This document shows, piece after piece, positions 8,710 to 18,114 of a stretch of 45,265 bases of DNA. A program made the translations under genes and the position numbers. Origin of the DNA: Planctomycetota bacterium. Lineage in GTDB: Bacteria > Planctomycetota > SZUA-567 > H5-PLA8. How positions within the stretch are numbered: position 1 is the first letter of the stretch; every line of letters begins with the position of its first letter. The stretch is from the NCBI GenBank assembly GCA_038227875.1, contig JBBRPR010000065.1, positions 1 to 45,265 on the forward strand, given 5' to 3'. The notes under the pieces were generated by a model. That model was not told where the DNA came from and ran no database searches. It saw nothing but the letters and a program-made list of their open reading frames with translations.

Positions 8710-11610
8710 ATGAGCGAAAATACCAAGCCTGCCGACAAGGGTGGCCCTAACGACACGCCGGTGATGAAGCAGTACCTGGCGGCGAAGGCGCGTTACCCCA
8801 AGCATCTGCTCTTCTTCCGCGTCGGCGATTTTTTCGAACTGTTCTACGACGATGCGAAAACGATCTCGCGCGTGCTGGGTCTCACGCTGACCTCGCGCAA
8901 CAAGGGTGTCGATCCGATTCCCATGGCCGGCGTGCCGGCGCACACGGCCGAACAGTACCTCGCGCGTCTGCTGCGGATGGGATTTTCCGTCGCGGTCTGC
9001 GACCAGACGCAGGATTCGTCGGAAGCCAAGGGCCTCGTCCGCCGCGAAATCACGCGCGTGGTCACGCCGGGCACGGTGCTGGAAGAAAACCTGCTCGACG
9101 CCAAGAAAGCCAATCGCCTCGTCGCGATTCTGCCCTCAACGCACACGAGCGAACCTTCGCGCGGCGATGCGGTGCGCTTCGGAGTCGCCTCCGTCGATCT
9201 GGCCTCCGGTTGCATTCACGTTCAGGAACTCGAAGGCGAAGCGGCGCTGCGTTCGGAATTTGCGCGACTTTCGCCCTCGGAGATTCTGTTGCCGGAAGAT
9301 CCGCCACTTCCCAACGGGCAGGCAACTCCGCTGCCGTTTCACGAAGGACTGCTCGGCGACATTGCCACGTCGCGGCTGAAGCCCGCCGCATATTCGGCAC
9401 GCGAAGCCCACGCGGGCGTGATCGCGCGCTTCAGCGAAAGCGGTCGCGAATCGGCGCGAGCCGCGACGCTCAAACGTCTGTGCAAGGAACTGCCGCTGGC
9501 GCTCTCCGCGGCCGGCGCGCTGACCGGGTACATCGACGAGACGCATCCCGGCGGCAAGGTGCTGCTCTCGCCGCCGCAGCCGTTCGATCCCGAGAACTTT
9601 CTGATGCTCGGCGACGCGGTGATCCGCAGCCTGGAGCTCACCGAAACGATGCGCAATCGCAGCGTCGAAGGTTCTCTACTCTGGGCCATCGACCGCACCT
9701 GCACCGCGCCGGGCAGCCGCTGTCTGCGCGAATGGATGATCCGCCCGCTGCGCGATTTGAAAGCGCTCATTGCGCGGCAGGATTCCGTCGCGGCACTGGT
9801 CGAACGGACCGAACTGCGCGAAGACCTGCGCGCGATGCTGAAGTCGCTCTCCGATCTGGAGCGCATCGCGGCGCGGTTGTCGGCCAATCGGGCGACGCCG
9901 CGCGACCTGATTGCGCTGAAAGACACGCTCGAACTCACGCCCAAACTCCACGCCAAGCTCAGCGCAATCGACACCACACCGCTGCTCGAAGCGGGTTCCG
10001 AATCCGCGCCGAAGCCGTCGGCCACGCTGCCGCTCGGCGGAGTGAAAGGCTGTCCGGCGGTCCTTGCGGATATTCGCGACGCGCTGACGGGATTCGATCC
10101 GGTCGCGAAGTACATCGCCCAGTCCCTGCGCGACGACTGCTCGAATGTCATCACCGAAGGCGGGCTGATGAAGGCTGGCGTCGACAGGGAACTCGATCGG
10201 CTGCAGGCGATCTCCACCGGCGGCAAAGATTGGATCGCGCAGTTCGAAACCCAGGAGGCGGAACGCTCGGGGATCGGCAGTCTCAAAGTCGGCTACAACC
10301 GCGTCTTTGGCTACTACATCGAAATCTCGCGCGCAAATTCCAAACTCGTGCCGAAAGATTACGAACGCCGGCAGACGCTGACCAACGCCGAGCGCTACAC
10401 CACGCCGGAACTGAAGGAACGCGAAGCCGAAGTGCTCGGCGCTGAAGAGAAAATCCGCGTGCTGGAGCAGAAGCTGTTTCTCGCGCTGCGTGAATCAGTC
10501 GCCGAATCGGCGGTGCGGCTGCTCTCGGCCGGACACGCGCTGGCGGAACTCGATGCGCTCTGTTCGCTCGGCGAAGTCGCGCAGAAACGCGGGCACGTCC
10601 GGCCGGTGCTTTCCAATTCCGGCCGCGTCGCGTTCGATCAGATGCGCCACCCGGTGCTCGAGGAAACATTGCCCAAGGGCGAACTCGTGCCCAACGATCT
10701 GGGACTGTCCGCGCCGATCCGCCGCGACGGCACTACCGCGCCCAACGGCAACGGCGACAAGCGCGATCCGCAGATTCTCCTGCTGACCGGACCGAACATG
10801 GCCGGTAAATCGACGTACATCCGCGCCACGGCGCTGTGCGTGATCCTCGCGCAGATGGGCGGCTTTGTTCCGGCGGAAGCGGCGGAAGTGGGACTTGTCG
10901 ACCGCATCTTCACGCGCGTCGGCGCAGCTGATGACCTGGCCGGCGGACGCAGCACGTTCATGGTGGAGATGACGGAGGTCGCCGAAATTCTCTCCGCGTG
11001 CACGAGCCGCTCGCTGGTGATTCTCGATGAAGTCGGCCGCGGCACGAGCACCTACGACGGCGTGAGTCTGGCGTGGGCTCTGGTCGAACATCTGCACGAA
11101 CGCGAAGCGACGCCGCGCACGCTCTTCGCCACGCATTACCACGAACTCAGCGCGCTGGAGGAAGAACTCCCGCGCGTACGCAACGCGTCGGCGGCGGTGA
11201 AAGAGTGGCAGGGCGAGATCACGTTCCTCCACCGCATCGTTCCCGGCCCGAGCGAACGGAGCTTCGGTATTCACGCAGCGCGCTTGGCGGGGCTGCCCGA
11301 ATCGCTGCTCGAACGCGCCCGCGCGATTTTGCGGTCGCTGGAATTCGAATCCAGCCACCGCGTCGACAATCTGACCGACGACGGCGCGCAGTTGCTCAGC
11401 GGAGGCAGCGGGAAGAAATCCAAAAGTCGCAAACGTGCGCCGACCAAGACTGACGGCCAGTTGCAACTCTTTGAGCCCGAGACTGAGGACATCGATTCGG
11501 ACGTTAAAGCGCTCTTGGATGAAATCCGCGAGACAGCTCCTGATACGCTGACGCCGATTCAGGCGCTGGCCGCGCTGGACAAGCTCGTGAAAAAGGCGCG
11601 TGGTATGTAA
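8710..11610 (+). CDS. mutS: DNA mismatch repair protein MutS
   Basis: TPVMKQY, FRVGDFFELF, GPNMAGKST Walker A, STFMVEM, DEVGRGT, FATHYHEL. Confidence 0.98.
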   Translation: MSENTKPADKGGPNDTPVMKQYLAAKARYPKHLLFFRVGDFFELFYDDAKTISRVLGLTLTSRNKGVDPIPMAGVPAHTAEQYLARLLRMGFSVAVCDQTQDSSEAKGLVRREITRVVTPGTVLEENLLDAKKANRLVAILPSTHTSEPSRGDAVRFGVASVDLASGCIHVQELEGEAALRSEFARLSPSEILLPEDPPLPNGQATPLPFHEGLLGDIATSRLKPAAYSAREAHAGVIARFSESGRESARAATLKRLCKELPLALSAAGALTGYIDETHPGGKVLLSPPQPFDPENFLMLGDAVIRSLELTETMRNRSVEGSLLWAIDRTCTAPGSRCLREWMIRPLRDLKALIARQDSVAALVERTELREDLRAMLKSLSDLERIAARLSANRATPRDLIALKDTLELTPKLHAKLSAIDTTPLLEAGSESAPKPSATLPLGGVKGCPAVLADIRDALTGFDPVAKYIAQSLRDDCSNVITEGGLMKAGVDRELDRLQAISTGGKDWIAQFETQEAERSGIGSLKVGYNRVFGYYIEISRANSKLVPKDYERRQTLTNAERYTTPELKEREAEVLGAEEKIRVLEQKLFLALRESVAESAVRLLSAGHALAELDALCSLGEVAQKRGHVRPVLSNSGRVAFDQMRHPVLEETLPKGELVPNDLGLSAPIRRDGTTAPNGNGDKRDPQILLLTGPNMAGKSTYIRATALCVILAQMGGFVPAEAAEVGLVDRIFTRVGAADDLAGGRSTFMVEMTEVAEILSACTSRSLVILDEVGRGTSTYDGVSLAWALVEHLHEREATPRTLFATHYHELSALEEELPRVRNASAAVKEWQGEITFLHRIVPGPSERSFGIHAARLAGLPESLLERARAILRSLEFESSHRVDNLTDDGAQLLSGGSGKKSKSRKRAPTKTDGQLQLFEPETEDIDSDVKALLDEIRETAPDTLTPIQALAALDKLVKKARGM

Positions 11611-11619
11611 GTTCCACAC

Positions 11620-11670
11620 TTGACTCAATATACAAATATGTATTATATTCCCTATAGGGTTTGTAGGAAT
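11620..11670 (+). promoter_or_regulatory. Sigma70-like promoter and palindromic operator upstream of the Rrf2 gene
   Basis: TTGACT (11620-25), 18 bp, TATATT (11644-49); CCTATA-N5-TGTAGG imperfect palindrome (11651-67) overlapping the RBS. Confidence 0.6.
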
Positions 11671-11675
11671 TCAAA

Positions 11676-12104
11676 ATGCGCGTCTCTCAGAAACTCGATT
11701 ACGCCCTGCACGCGATGCTGGAACTGGCGATCCGCGCCGACCGGCCCGAGAGCGCGCGCACGGCAGAGATCGCGCGGCAGCAGCGCATACCGGAGAAGTT
11801 TCTCGAGGCCATCGTCGTTGAGCTCCGGCGCGCGGGGCTGATCGTCAGTCAGCGCGGACCGGTTGGCGGGCATCGGCTTGCCCGGCCGCCGCATGAAATT
11901 TCGATCGGCGACATCTGGCGCGCGATCGAAGGCGCGCCACCCGATCCGGCGGCGCGCGCCCGTACCAAGAAGGGGAACGATCCGTTTCAGGATGTGTGGG
12001 ATGAAGTCGACCGCGCGACGGCCAGCGTGGTCGACGCAATTACGCTGGCGGAAATGCGCAAACGTAGCGAGTCGCGGCAGAGCGTCCCGGATTTCAGCAT
12101 CTAG
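11676..12104 (+). CDS. Rrf2 family transcriptional regulator, CymR-like (no Fe-S cysteines)
   Basis: DYALHAMLELA, IPEKFLEAI, SQRGPVGGHRLAR, IGDIWRAIEG; no Cys; upstream of cysK; ends DFSI. Confidence 0.9.
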   Translation: MRVSQKLDYALHAMLELAIRADRPESARTAEIARQQRIPEKFLEAIVVELRRAGLIVSQRGPVGGHRLARPPHEISIGDIWRAIEGAPPDPAARARTKKGNDPFQDVWDEVDRATASVVDAITLAEMRKRSESRQSVPDFSI

Positions 12105-12221
12105 TCTAAATGGAGTTGCGAATTGCTCGAAAGGCTCGTACTTCTTAGAGCCTCGATTCACAGGTAAATTGGCGACTGGCTATCTGCGCAGTGTGGCATT
12201 GGAAAACGAGGAGGTTTTGGC

Positions 12222-13190
12222 ATGAGCAAGATTTACGAAGACAATTCGATGAGCATCGGCAACACCCCGCTGGTTCGTCTGAACCGGATCACGGCCGGCA
12301 CGGGCGCGGAAGTCGTGTGCAAAATCGAGGGCCGCAACCCCGCGTATTCCGTGAAGTGCCGCATCGGCGCCGCGATGATCTGGGCCGCCGAACGCGACGG
12401 CAAACTCACCAAGGGCTCCAAGGACGTCACCGTCGTTGAGCCGACTTCCGGCAATACCGGCATTGCGCTGGCGTATGTCTGCGCCGCGCGCGGCTACCCG
12501 TTGATCCTGACAATGCCGGAAACCATGTCGCAGGAACGCCGCCGCATGCTGCGCGCGTTCGGCGCGGAACTGGTTCTGACCGAAGGCGCCAAGGGCATGT
12601 CCGGCGCGATCGCCAAGGCCGAAGAAATCGTCGCCAGCAATCCGAAGAAGTATTTCATGCCGCAGCAGTTCAAGAACCCGGCCAACCCGGAAATCCATTT
12701 CAAGACCACCGGTCCTGAAATCTGGAACGACACCGACGGCAAGATCGACATCCTCGTCGCGGGCGTCGGCACGGGCGGCACAATCACAGGCGTCACGCGC
12801 TACATCAAGCAGGAAAAGAAGCGGGCCATCCGCTCGATCGCCGTTGAGCCGATTCATTCGCCGGTGCTCACGCAGATCCGCAATGGCGAACCGATCAAGC
12901 CCGGCCCGCACAAGATCCAGGGCATCGCCGCCGGTTTCAAGCCCGATGTCCTCGACTTGAACCTCGTTGATGAAATCGTCACCGTCACGAACGAAGAGTC
13001 GATCGAGATGGCCAAGCGCCTCCACAAGGAAGAAGGCATCACCTGCGGCATCTCCTGCGGCGCCGCCGTGGCCGCCGCGCTGAAGGTCGCGCAGCAACCG
13101 CAGAGCAAGGGCAAGCTGATCGTCGTCATCCTGCCGGACTTCGGCGAACGCTACTTGTCGACGGTGCTCTTCCAGGACATCCCGGCTTAA
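12222..13190 (+). CDS. cysK: Cysteine synthase A (O-acetylserine sulfhydrylase)
   Basis: [16 protein letters not shown] (PLP Lys), [31 protein letters not shown]. Confidence 0.97.
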   Translation: MSKIYEDNSMSIGNTPLVRLNRITAGTGAEVVCKIEGRNPAYSVKCRIGAAMIWAAERDGKLTKGSKDVTVVEPTSGNTGIALAYVCAARGYPLILTMPETMSQERRRMLRAFGAELVLTEGAKGMSGAIAKAEEIVASNPKKYFMPQQFKNPANPEIHFKTTGPEIWNDTDGKIDILVAGVGTGGTITGVTRYIKQEKKRAIRSIAVEPIHSPVLTQIRNGEPIKPGPHKIQGIAAGFKPDVLDLNLVDEIVTVTNEESIEMAKRLHKEEGITCGISCGAAVAAALKVAQQPQSKGKLIVVILPDFGERYLSTVLFQDIPA

Positions 13191-13200
13191 GCGCGCTAAA

Positions 13201-13286
13201 GCGCGAGGGGTCAGTTCGCTCGCTAACAGCCGCGAGCGAACCAGTGGGGGTCAGGGGTCAGGGGCCAGAGGTGGGTGTACGCGCGG
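13201..13286. repeat. GGGGTCA heptamer element end with internal hairpin
   Basis: ggggtcaggggtcaggggccagaggtggg matches the termini of the 22970-23236 element; GTTCGCTCGC/GCGAGCGAAC stem at 13214-13241. Confidence 0.7.
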
Positions 13287-13436
13287 GGTTGTGTGTGCGT
13301 CCTGCGCGTGGGAAGTCGGTGTACCACCGAAAAAGAAACAAAGCGCTGGCTGCGGAATGTCCGCAGCCAGCGTCATCTTGAAGCAGTCGGACTTCACGCG
13401 ACGAGACCACTCGAGCAGAAGGACGGGTCAGCGGAA

Positions 13437-13664
13437 ATGGAAAGTCACTCACGTAGCATCGCCAAGACGCTCAGTTGGCGCCTGTGGGCTACGATCATCA
13501 CGACGGCAGTGGTCTACTTCTCGACGCACGAATTCAAGTTCGCGATGGAGATCGGATTGCTCGACACCACCATCAAGCTCGGCGCCTATTTCTTCCACGA
13601 ACGCCTGTGGAACAAAGTCAACTTCGGCCGCGTCGTTGAAGCGCCCAGCGACTTCGAGATCTGA
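13437..13664 (+). CDS. DUF2061 family small membrane protein
   Basis: RSIAKTLSWRLWAT...KLGAYFFHERLW matches the DUF2061 pattern; start set at ATG 13437; ends SDFEI. Confidence 0.85.
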   Translation: MESHSRSIAKTLSWRLWATIITTAVVYFSTHEFKFAMEIGLLDTTIKLGAYFFHERLWNKVNFGRVVEAPSDFEI

Positions 13665-13669
13665 CCTGT

Positions 13670-14833
13670 CTATACGCAGTTGCCCGCGGGGACCCGCGGG
13701 TTCTGTGACAGCACGCGCTGGTACACCGCTTCGTACTTCGAGACGATCTTTTCTGGCGAGAACTGGAGTGCCTTCTTCCGCGCCGCTGCGCCAAACGCGG
13801 CGAGTTTGGCATCGTTGATCAGCAGATCGTAAGCGCGTTCGGCCATGCACTGACAATCACCGACATGGCACAGCCAACCGTCGACGCCCGGCGTGACGAC
13901 TTCGCCCAGGCCGCCGATCTCGCTGGCCAGCACCGGCAACCCGCAGCTCATCGCTTCCAGCGCCGACAGACCGAAGCTTTCGTACGCCGACGGTAGCAGG
14001 AACAGATCCGCGCAGGGCAGAATGTTCTCCACCGACTGCTGCTTGCCCATGAAGAGCACGTCCTTTTCAACGCCGAGTTCCTTGGCGAGGGCGCGGGCGG
14101 GCGGCAGTTCGGGGCCGTCGCCGACCATCAAGAGCCGACAGCGCAGGTCTTTGCGCAGCAGCGCGAAGGTCTTGACCACGTCGGGAATATTCTTCACCGG
14201 CCGGAAATTCGAAACGTGGATCAGCAGCTTTTCGCCATTCGGCGCGAGCTTCTTGCGCTGGCACGGATTGGCATCGCGCTTGGGCAGGAAGCGGTCGGAG
14301 TCCACAAAATTATGGATGACATCGATCGGCGTCTGCTCGACGTTGAAGGTTTTGATCGTCTCTTTCTTCAGGTACTCCGAGACGGTCGTGACGCCGTCGC
14401 TGCGCTGAATGCCGAAGCGCGTCATCTTGAAGAATTGCGGGTCGCTGCCCACGAGCGTGATGTCCGTACCGTGGAGCGTAGTGACGATCTTCAGTTGCTT
14501 GCAGGTCTCCGCGATGACTTCGCGCGCCAGATGCGCACACACCGCCCACGGCACCGCGTAGTGAACGTGGAGTACCTCGAGCTGATGGGTCTCGGCGATT
14601 TCGATCATCTTGCACGCGGCCGTCAGCGTGAATGGGGGGTACTTGAAGAGCGGGTACGAGCCGACTTCGATCTCATGATAGAACAGCCGGTCGGTGTATC
14701 CTTCCAGGCGGAACGGCAGCGCGTAACTGAGCACATGAACTTCATGCCCGCGCTTAGCCAGCTCCAGTCCCAGTTCACTGGCGACCACGCCCGAGCCGCC
14801 GTAGGTCGGGTAACAGGCAATGCCGATTTTCAT
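13670..14833 (-). CDS. bshA: N-acetyl-alpha-D-glucosaminyl L-malate synthase (bacillithiol biosynthesis)
   Basis: MKIGIACYPTYGGSGVVASELG, HVHYAVP, TTLHGTDITLVG, HVSNFRPVK, ESFGLSALEAM. Confidence 0.93.
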   Translation of the reverse strand: MKIGIACYPTYGGSGVVASELGLELAKRGHEVHVLSYALPFRLEGYTDRLFYHEIEVGSYPLFKYPPFTLTAACKMIEIAETHQLEVLHVHYAVPWAVCAHLAREVIAETCKQLKIVTTLHGTDITLVGSDPQFFKMTRFGIQRSDGVTTVSEYLKKETIKTFNVEQTPIDVIHNFVDSDRFLPKRDANPCQRKKLAPNGEKLLIHVSNFRPVKNIPDVVKTFALLRKDLRCRLLMVGDGPELPPARALAKELGVEKDVLFMGKQQSVENILPCADLFLLPSAYESFGLSALEAMSCGLPVLASEIGGLGEVVTPGVDGWLCHVGDCQCMAERAYDLLINDAKLAAFGAAARKKALQFSPEKIVSKYEAVYQRVLSQNPRVPAGNCV

Positions 14834-14853
14834 GAATCACTCCCGCCGACGTC

Positions 14854-14881
14854 GATTCCCGATTCCCGATTCCCAAATCCC
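14854..14881. repeat. Heptamer tandem repeat (GATTCCC)x4
   Basis: gattccc gattccc gattccc aaatccc between bshB1 and bshA. Confidence 0.75.
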
Positions 14882-14889
14882 GAACTTTC

Positions 14890-15636
14890 CTATAACACCG
14901 CACCAATCTCATTTATTCCCAGCGGCCCCTTCACGCAGTACGCTTCGCCGAAATCGACGCCGACCTGGTAGCCGTAGTACGAATGCATGCCCTTCAGCCA
15001 ATCCATGAAGCGCGGGTTGCTCAGCCTGGTTTTGAATTCCTTGGCGCGTCCCTGTCCCGCCCCGCCGGCGCCGAATTGAGTCTGAAAACAGGCGACGAGT
15101 TTCAGCTTCGCCTCCATCACGTCGGTGATGTCGATGACCAGATCCGCCTGAATGCCGTAGCGGTTGTTGTAATGCAGTACGCGTTGCGGGCGGTACGGTA
15201 GCGCGCCTTTGGATGCGACGCCGTGCGCCGATTCCGGAGCGTAGCGCGGCGCGCCGCAGAGCCACGCCGCGTACAGGCCGGCCTGGCCCACGGCCGCGTG
15301 ATCGGGGTGCTGGTCTTCCCAGTGCGGAATCAGGAGCGTTTTCGGCCGGTGCTCGCGCAATGCATCGACCAGCGCGGTGCGCAACGTATCGTCGTCGTGA
15401 AGATGGCCGTCGGGCAGGCCGAGATTTTCGCGCGCGGAAAGTTTCAGCATCCGCGTTGCCGCCGCCGCTTCGCGCTGGCGCGTTTCCGGCGTGCCGCGCG
15501 TGCCCATTTCGCCCCGGGTGATGTCGACGACTACCAGTTTCTTCCGCGCGTGCATGGCTTTCAGCAGCAGTCCGCCGCAGCAAAGTTCTGCGTCGTCGGG
15601 GTGCGGTGCAAAACAAAGGATGTCGCAGGTTGGCAT
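14890..15636 (-). CDS. bshB1: Bacillithiol biosynthesis deacetylase (PIG-L/LmbE family)
   Basis: APHPDDAELCCGG, TRGEMGTRG, RENLGLPDG, DQHPDH; directly upstream of bshA. Confidence 0.9.
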   Translation of the reverse strand: MPTCDILCFAPHPDDAELCCGGLLLKAMHARKKLVVVDITRGEMGTRGTPETRQREAAAATRMLKLSARENLGLPDGHLHDDDTLRTALVDALREHRPKTLLIPHWEDQHPDHAAVGQAGLYAAWLCGAPRYAPESAHGVASKGALPYRPQRVLHYNNRYGIQADLVIDITDVMEAKLKLVACFQTQFGAGGAGQGRAKEFKTRLSNPRFMDWLKGMHSYYGYQVGVDFGEAYCVKGPLGINEIGAVL

Positions 15637-15766
15637 GACGTGAATCTAAACCGGACAGCGCGCGGACACAACGTGCGACCGCGCACAGACCCGGCGCAGC
15701 AAGCATTGGCGCGCGGACGTGAGTTCGCTACAATCGCGCGACCATCAACGGCAGGAGAACACAGAC

Positions 15767-17071
15767 GTGTCAGAACCCGATTCGACCATCGAACTTCAAC
15801 CCGTAAAAGGCGCGCGGGATTTCTATCCGGAAGACATGCGCGTCCGCAACTGGCTCTTCGGCCAGTGGCGCGCGATCGCGACGCAATTTGGCTTTGAAGA
15901 ATACGACGCCTGCGTGCTCGAACACGAACAGCTTTACGTGCGCAAGGCCGGCGACGAGATCACCAGCCAGCTCTACAATTTTGAAGACAAAGGCAAGCGC
16001 CGTGTCGCGCTCCGCCCGGAACTCACACCCAGCCTCGCGCGCATGATCATGGCCCGCGGTGCGGCGCAGAAACTCCCGGCGCGCTGGTTCGCGATTCCGC
16101 AGTGCTTCCGCTACGAACGCATGCAGCGCGGCCGAGGCCGCGAGCACTTTCAGTGGAACATGGACATCGTGGGCCTCGCGCACGTGGCCGCCGAAGCCGA
16201 ACTGATGGCCGCGCAGGTTGCGTTTCTAAAGAGTGTCGGATTCAAAATCGACTCCGAGAAGACCGAAGTCGAACTGCGTGTCTCCAACCGCGTGCTGCTG
16301 CAGCACGCGCTGGAAGGGCTGGGCATCAACGGCGATCACTTCGGTGAAGTCTGCGTGATCATCGACAAGCTCGACAAGATTGGACCGGAAGCGACTCGGG
16401 AACTGCTGCTGGCGGCGAACGTCAACGCGGATGCCTGCGAGCGCATCCTGAAGCTGCTTTCGATTCGCGGCATCGACCAGGTCAAAGCCGAATTCCCCGC
16501 GACCAATCCCGGCGTCGCGGCGCTGGAAGAACTGCTGACGATGTGCGAATCGTTCGGCATCGGCAGCGCGGTGAAGATCGATCTCTCGATGATCCGCGGG
16601 CTGTCGTATTACACCGGCACCGTGTGGGAATTGTTCGACACCAGCGGCGCGCTGCCGCGCGCGATTGCCGGCGGTGGGCGTTACGACCGGCTGATTGAAC
16701 ACTTCGGCGGCAAGCCCACGCCGATGGCCGGATTCGGTTTCGGCGACATCGTCCTGATCGAACTGCTCCGCGAACGTGGCATGCTCCCGAACCTGCCGCG
16801 CGCGGTCGACGACGTGGTTTATCCGATGAGCGCCGCGGAATTCGCGATCGCCAACAAAATCGCGACCGCGCTGCGCAAGAAGGGGCATGTGGTGCTCGTC
16901 GACTACGCGCAACGCCGCTTCAAGCACGCGGTCAAGAGCGCCGAGGACGAAGGCGCCAAGCGCATGCTGGTGCTCGGTGGGAACGAAGTCGCCGAAGGCG
17001 TCTGCCTCGTCCGCACAGTTGGCGCGGAACGCAAAGAGGAAAAGGTGGCAATCAGCGCGCTACTGAGCTGA
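15767..17071 (+). CDS. hisS: Histidine--tRNA ligase
   Basis: KGARDFYPED, LRPELTPS, FRYERMQRGRGREHFQ, RGLSYYTG, GGGRYD; AGGAG before GTG 15767. Confidence 0.96.
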   Translation: MSEPDSTIELQPVKGARDFYPEDMRVRNWLFGQWRAIATQFGFEEYDACVLEHEQLYVRKAGDEITSQLYNFEDKGKRRVALRPELTPSLARMIMARGAAQKLPARWFAIPQCFRYERMQRGRGREHFQWNMDIVGLAHVAAEAELMAAQVAFLKSVGFKIDSEKTEVELRVSNRVLLQHALEGLGINGDHFGEVCVIIDKLDKIGPEATRELLLAANVNADACERILKLLSIRGIDQVKAEFPATNPGVAALEELLTMCESFGIGSAVKIDLSMIRGLSYYTGTVWELFDTSGALPRAIAGGGRYDRLIEHFGGKPTPMAGFGFGDIVLIELLRERGMLPNLPRAVDDVVYPMSAAEFAIANKIATALRKKGHVVLVDYAQRRFKHAVKSAEDEGAKRMLVLGGNEVAEGVCLVRTVGAERKEEKVAISALLS

Positions 17072-17211
17072 TGTGCCATGGATGTGCGGGCACTTGAGCG
17101 AAGCGAAAGTGGCCGCTCATCCGTGAGAGACGCTTTGCGACTGCGGGGCGTAACGCACGGATGAGCGAATTTCTTCGCTACGCTCAGAAACTCGCACATC
17201 CATGGCACATC
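17070..17211. repeat. Inverted doublet of 54-bp REP-like hairpins
   Basis: Units 17072-17125 and 17156-17209 in opposite orientation; TGTGCCATGGATG foot, GAGCG(A/T)AGCGA loop. Confidence 0.88.
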
Positions 17212-17279
17212 GGAGACGTTGACTTCTCCCGCGAATCCACGATGATTGAATGAGCTTCTGACGAAAGGAAACACACACC

Positions 17280-17882
17280 ATGCCCCTGGCTAAGATCACC
17301 CATGTTGAAGGCACCGCCGTCAACGTTCCCGGCAACGACATCGACACCGACCGCATCATCCCCGCGCGCTTCATGAAGTGCGTAACGTTTGATGGGCTCG
17401 GCGAGTACCTCTTCTACGATGTCCGTTTTGAGAAGTCGGGCGCGAAGAAGCCGCATCCGCTCAATGAAGCCAAGCACGCGGGCGCGAAAATCCTGATCTC
17501 CGGCCAGAACTTTGGCTGCGGTTCCTCCCGCGAACACGCGCCGCAGGCGATTCAGAAATTCGGGCTGCAGGCCGTGATCGCGGAAAGCTTCGCCGAAATT
17601 TTCGCCGGCAATTGCACCACGCTCGGCATTCCCTGCATCCAGATGAAGACCGCCGAGATCGCGCAGCTGGCCGCGGCCGTCAACGCCGACGCCAAGACGG
17701 TCGTCAAGATCGATCTGACGCAGGGCAAGGTTTTCTGGGGCGCGTCGAGCGCGACGTTCGAAATGAAGAGCGGCGCCCGCGATTCCCTGATCAAGGGTGA
17801 ATGGGACGCGCTGGGCCAGCTGATCGACGGCAAGGATCAGGTCGCCGCGCTGGCCGGCAAGCTCGAGTATTTCAAGGCGTAA
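17280..17882 (+). CDS. leuD: 3-isopropylmalate dehydratase small subunit
   Basis: NDIDTDRIIPARF, NFGCGSSREHAPQA, AESFAEIF. Confidence 0.97.
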   Translation: MPLAKITHVEGTAVNVPGNDIDTDRIIPARFMKCVTFDGLGEYLFYDVRFEKSGAKKPHPLNEAKHAGAKILISGQNFGCGSSREHAPQAIQKFGLQAVIAESFAEIFAGNCTTLGIPCIQMKTAEIAQLAAAVNADAKTVVKIDLTQGKVFWGASSATFEMKSGARDSLIKGEWDALGQLIDGKDQVAALAGKLEYFKA

Positions 17883-17884
17883 CG

Positions 17885-18025
17885 TTGTGCCATGGATGCG
17901 CGAATTTCTGAGCGTAGCGAAGAAATCCGCTCATCCGTACGTTGCGTTCCCCCATTTCAAAGTGTTCCGGCACGGATGAGCAAATACTTTCGCTACGCTC
18001 AAGTATTTGCGCATCCATGGCACAA
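17885..18025. repeat. Second inverted doublet of the same 54-bp REP-like hairpin
   Basis: Units 17886-17939 and 17971-18024; same foot and loop as 17070-17211. Confidence 0.88.
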
Positions 18026-18114
18026 TGAATGACCTGCCACCCGATCAATCTGTACACCTATTGCAAGATTGTGTAGAGTTGCCCGCGCCAATGAGCCCGA
18101 GAACCCGATACGCC

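Noticed and set aside
13275..13436. N-terminal extension of the DUF2061 ORF in the ORF track
   Set aside because: Begins inside a repeat element and lacks family similarity; ATG 13437 matches the family start
17070..18025. Possible CRISPR array (repeats with ~30-bp spacers)
   Set aside because: Units are 54 bp, inverted rather than direct, only paired, and no cas genes are present
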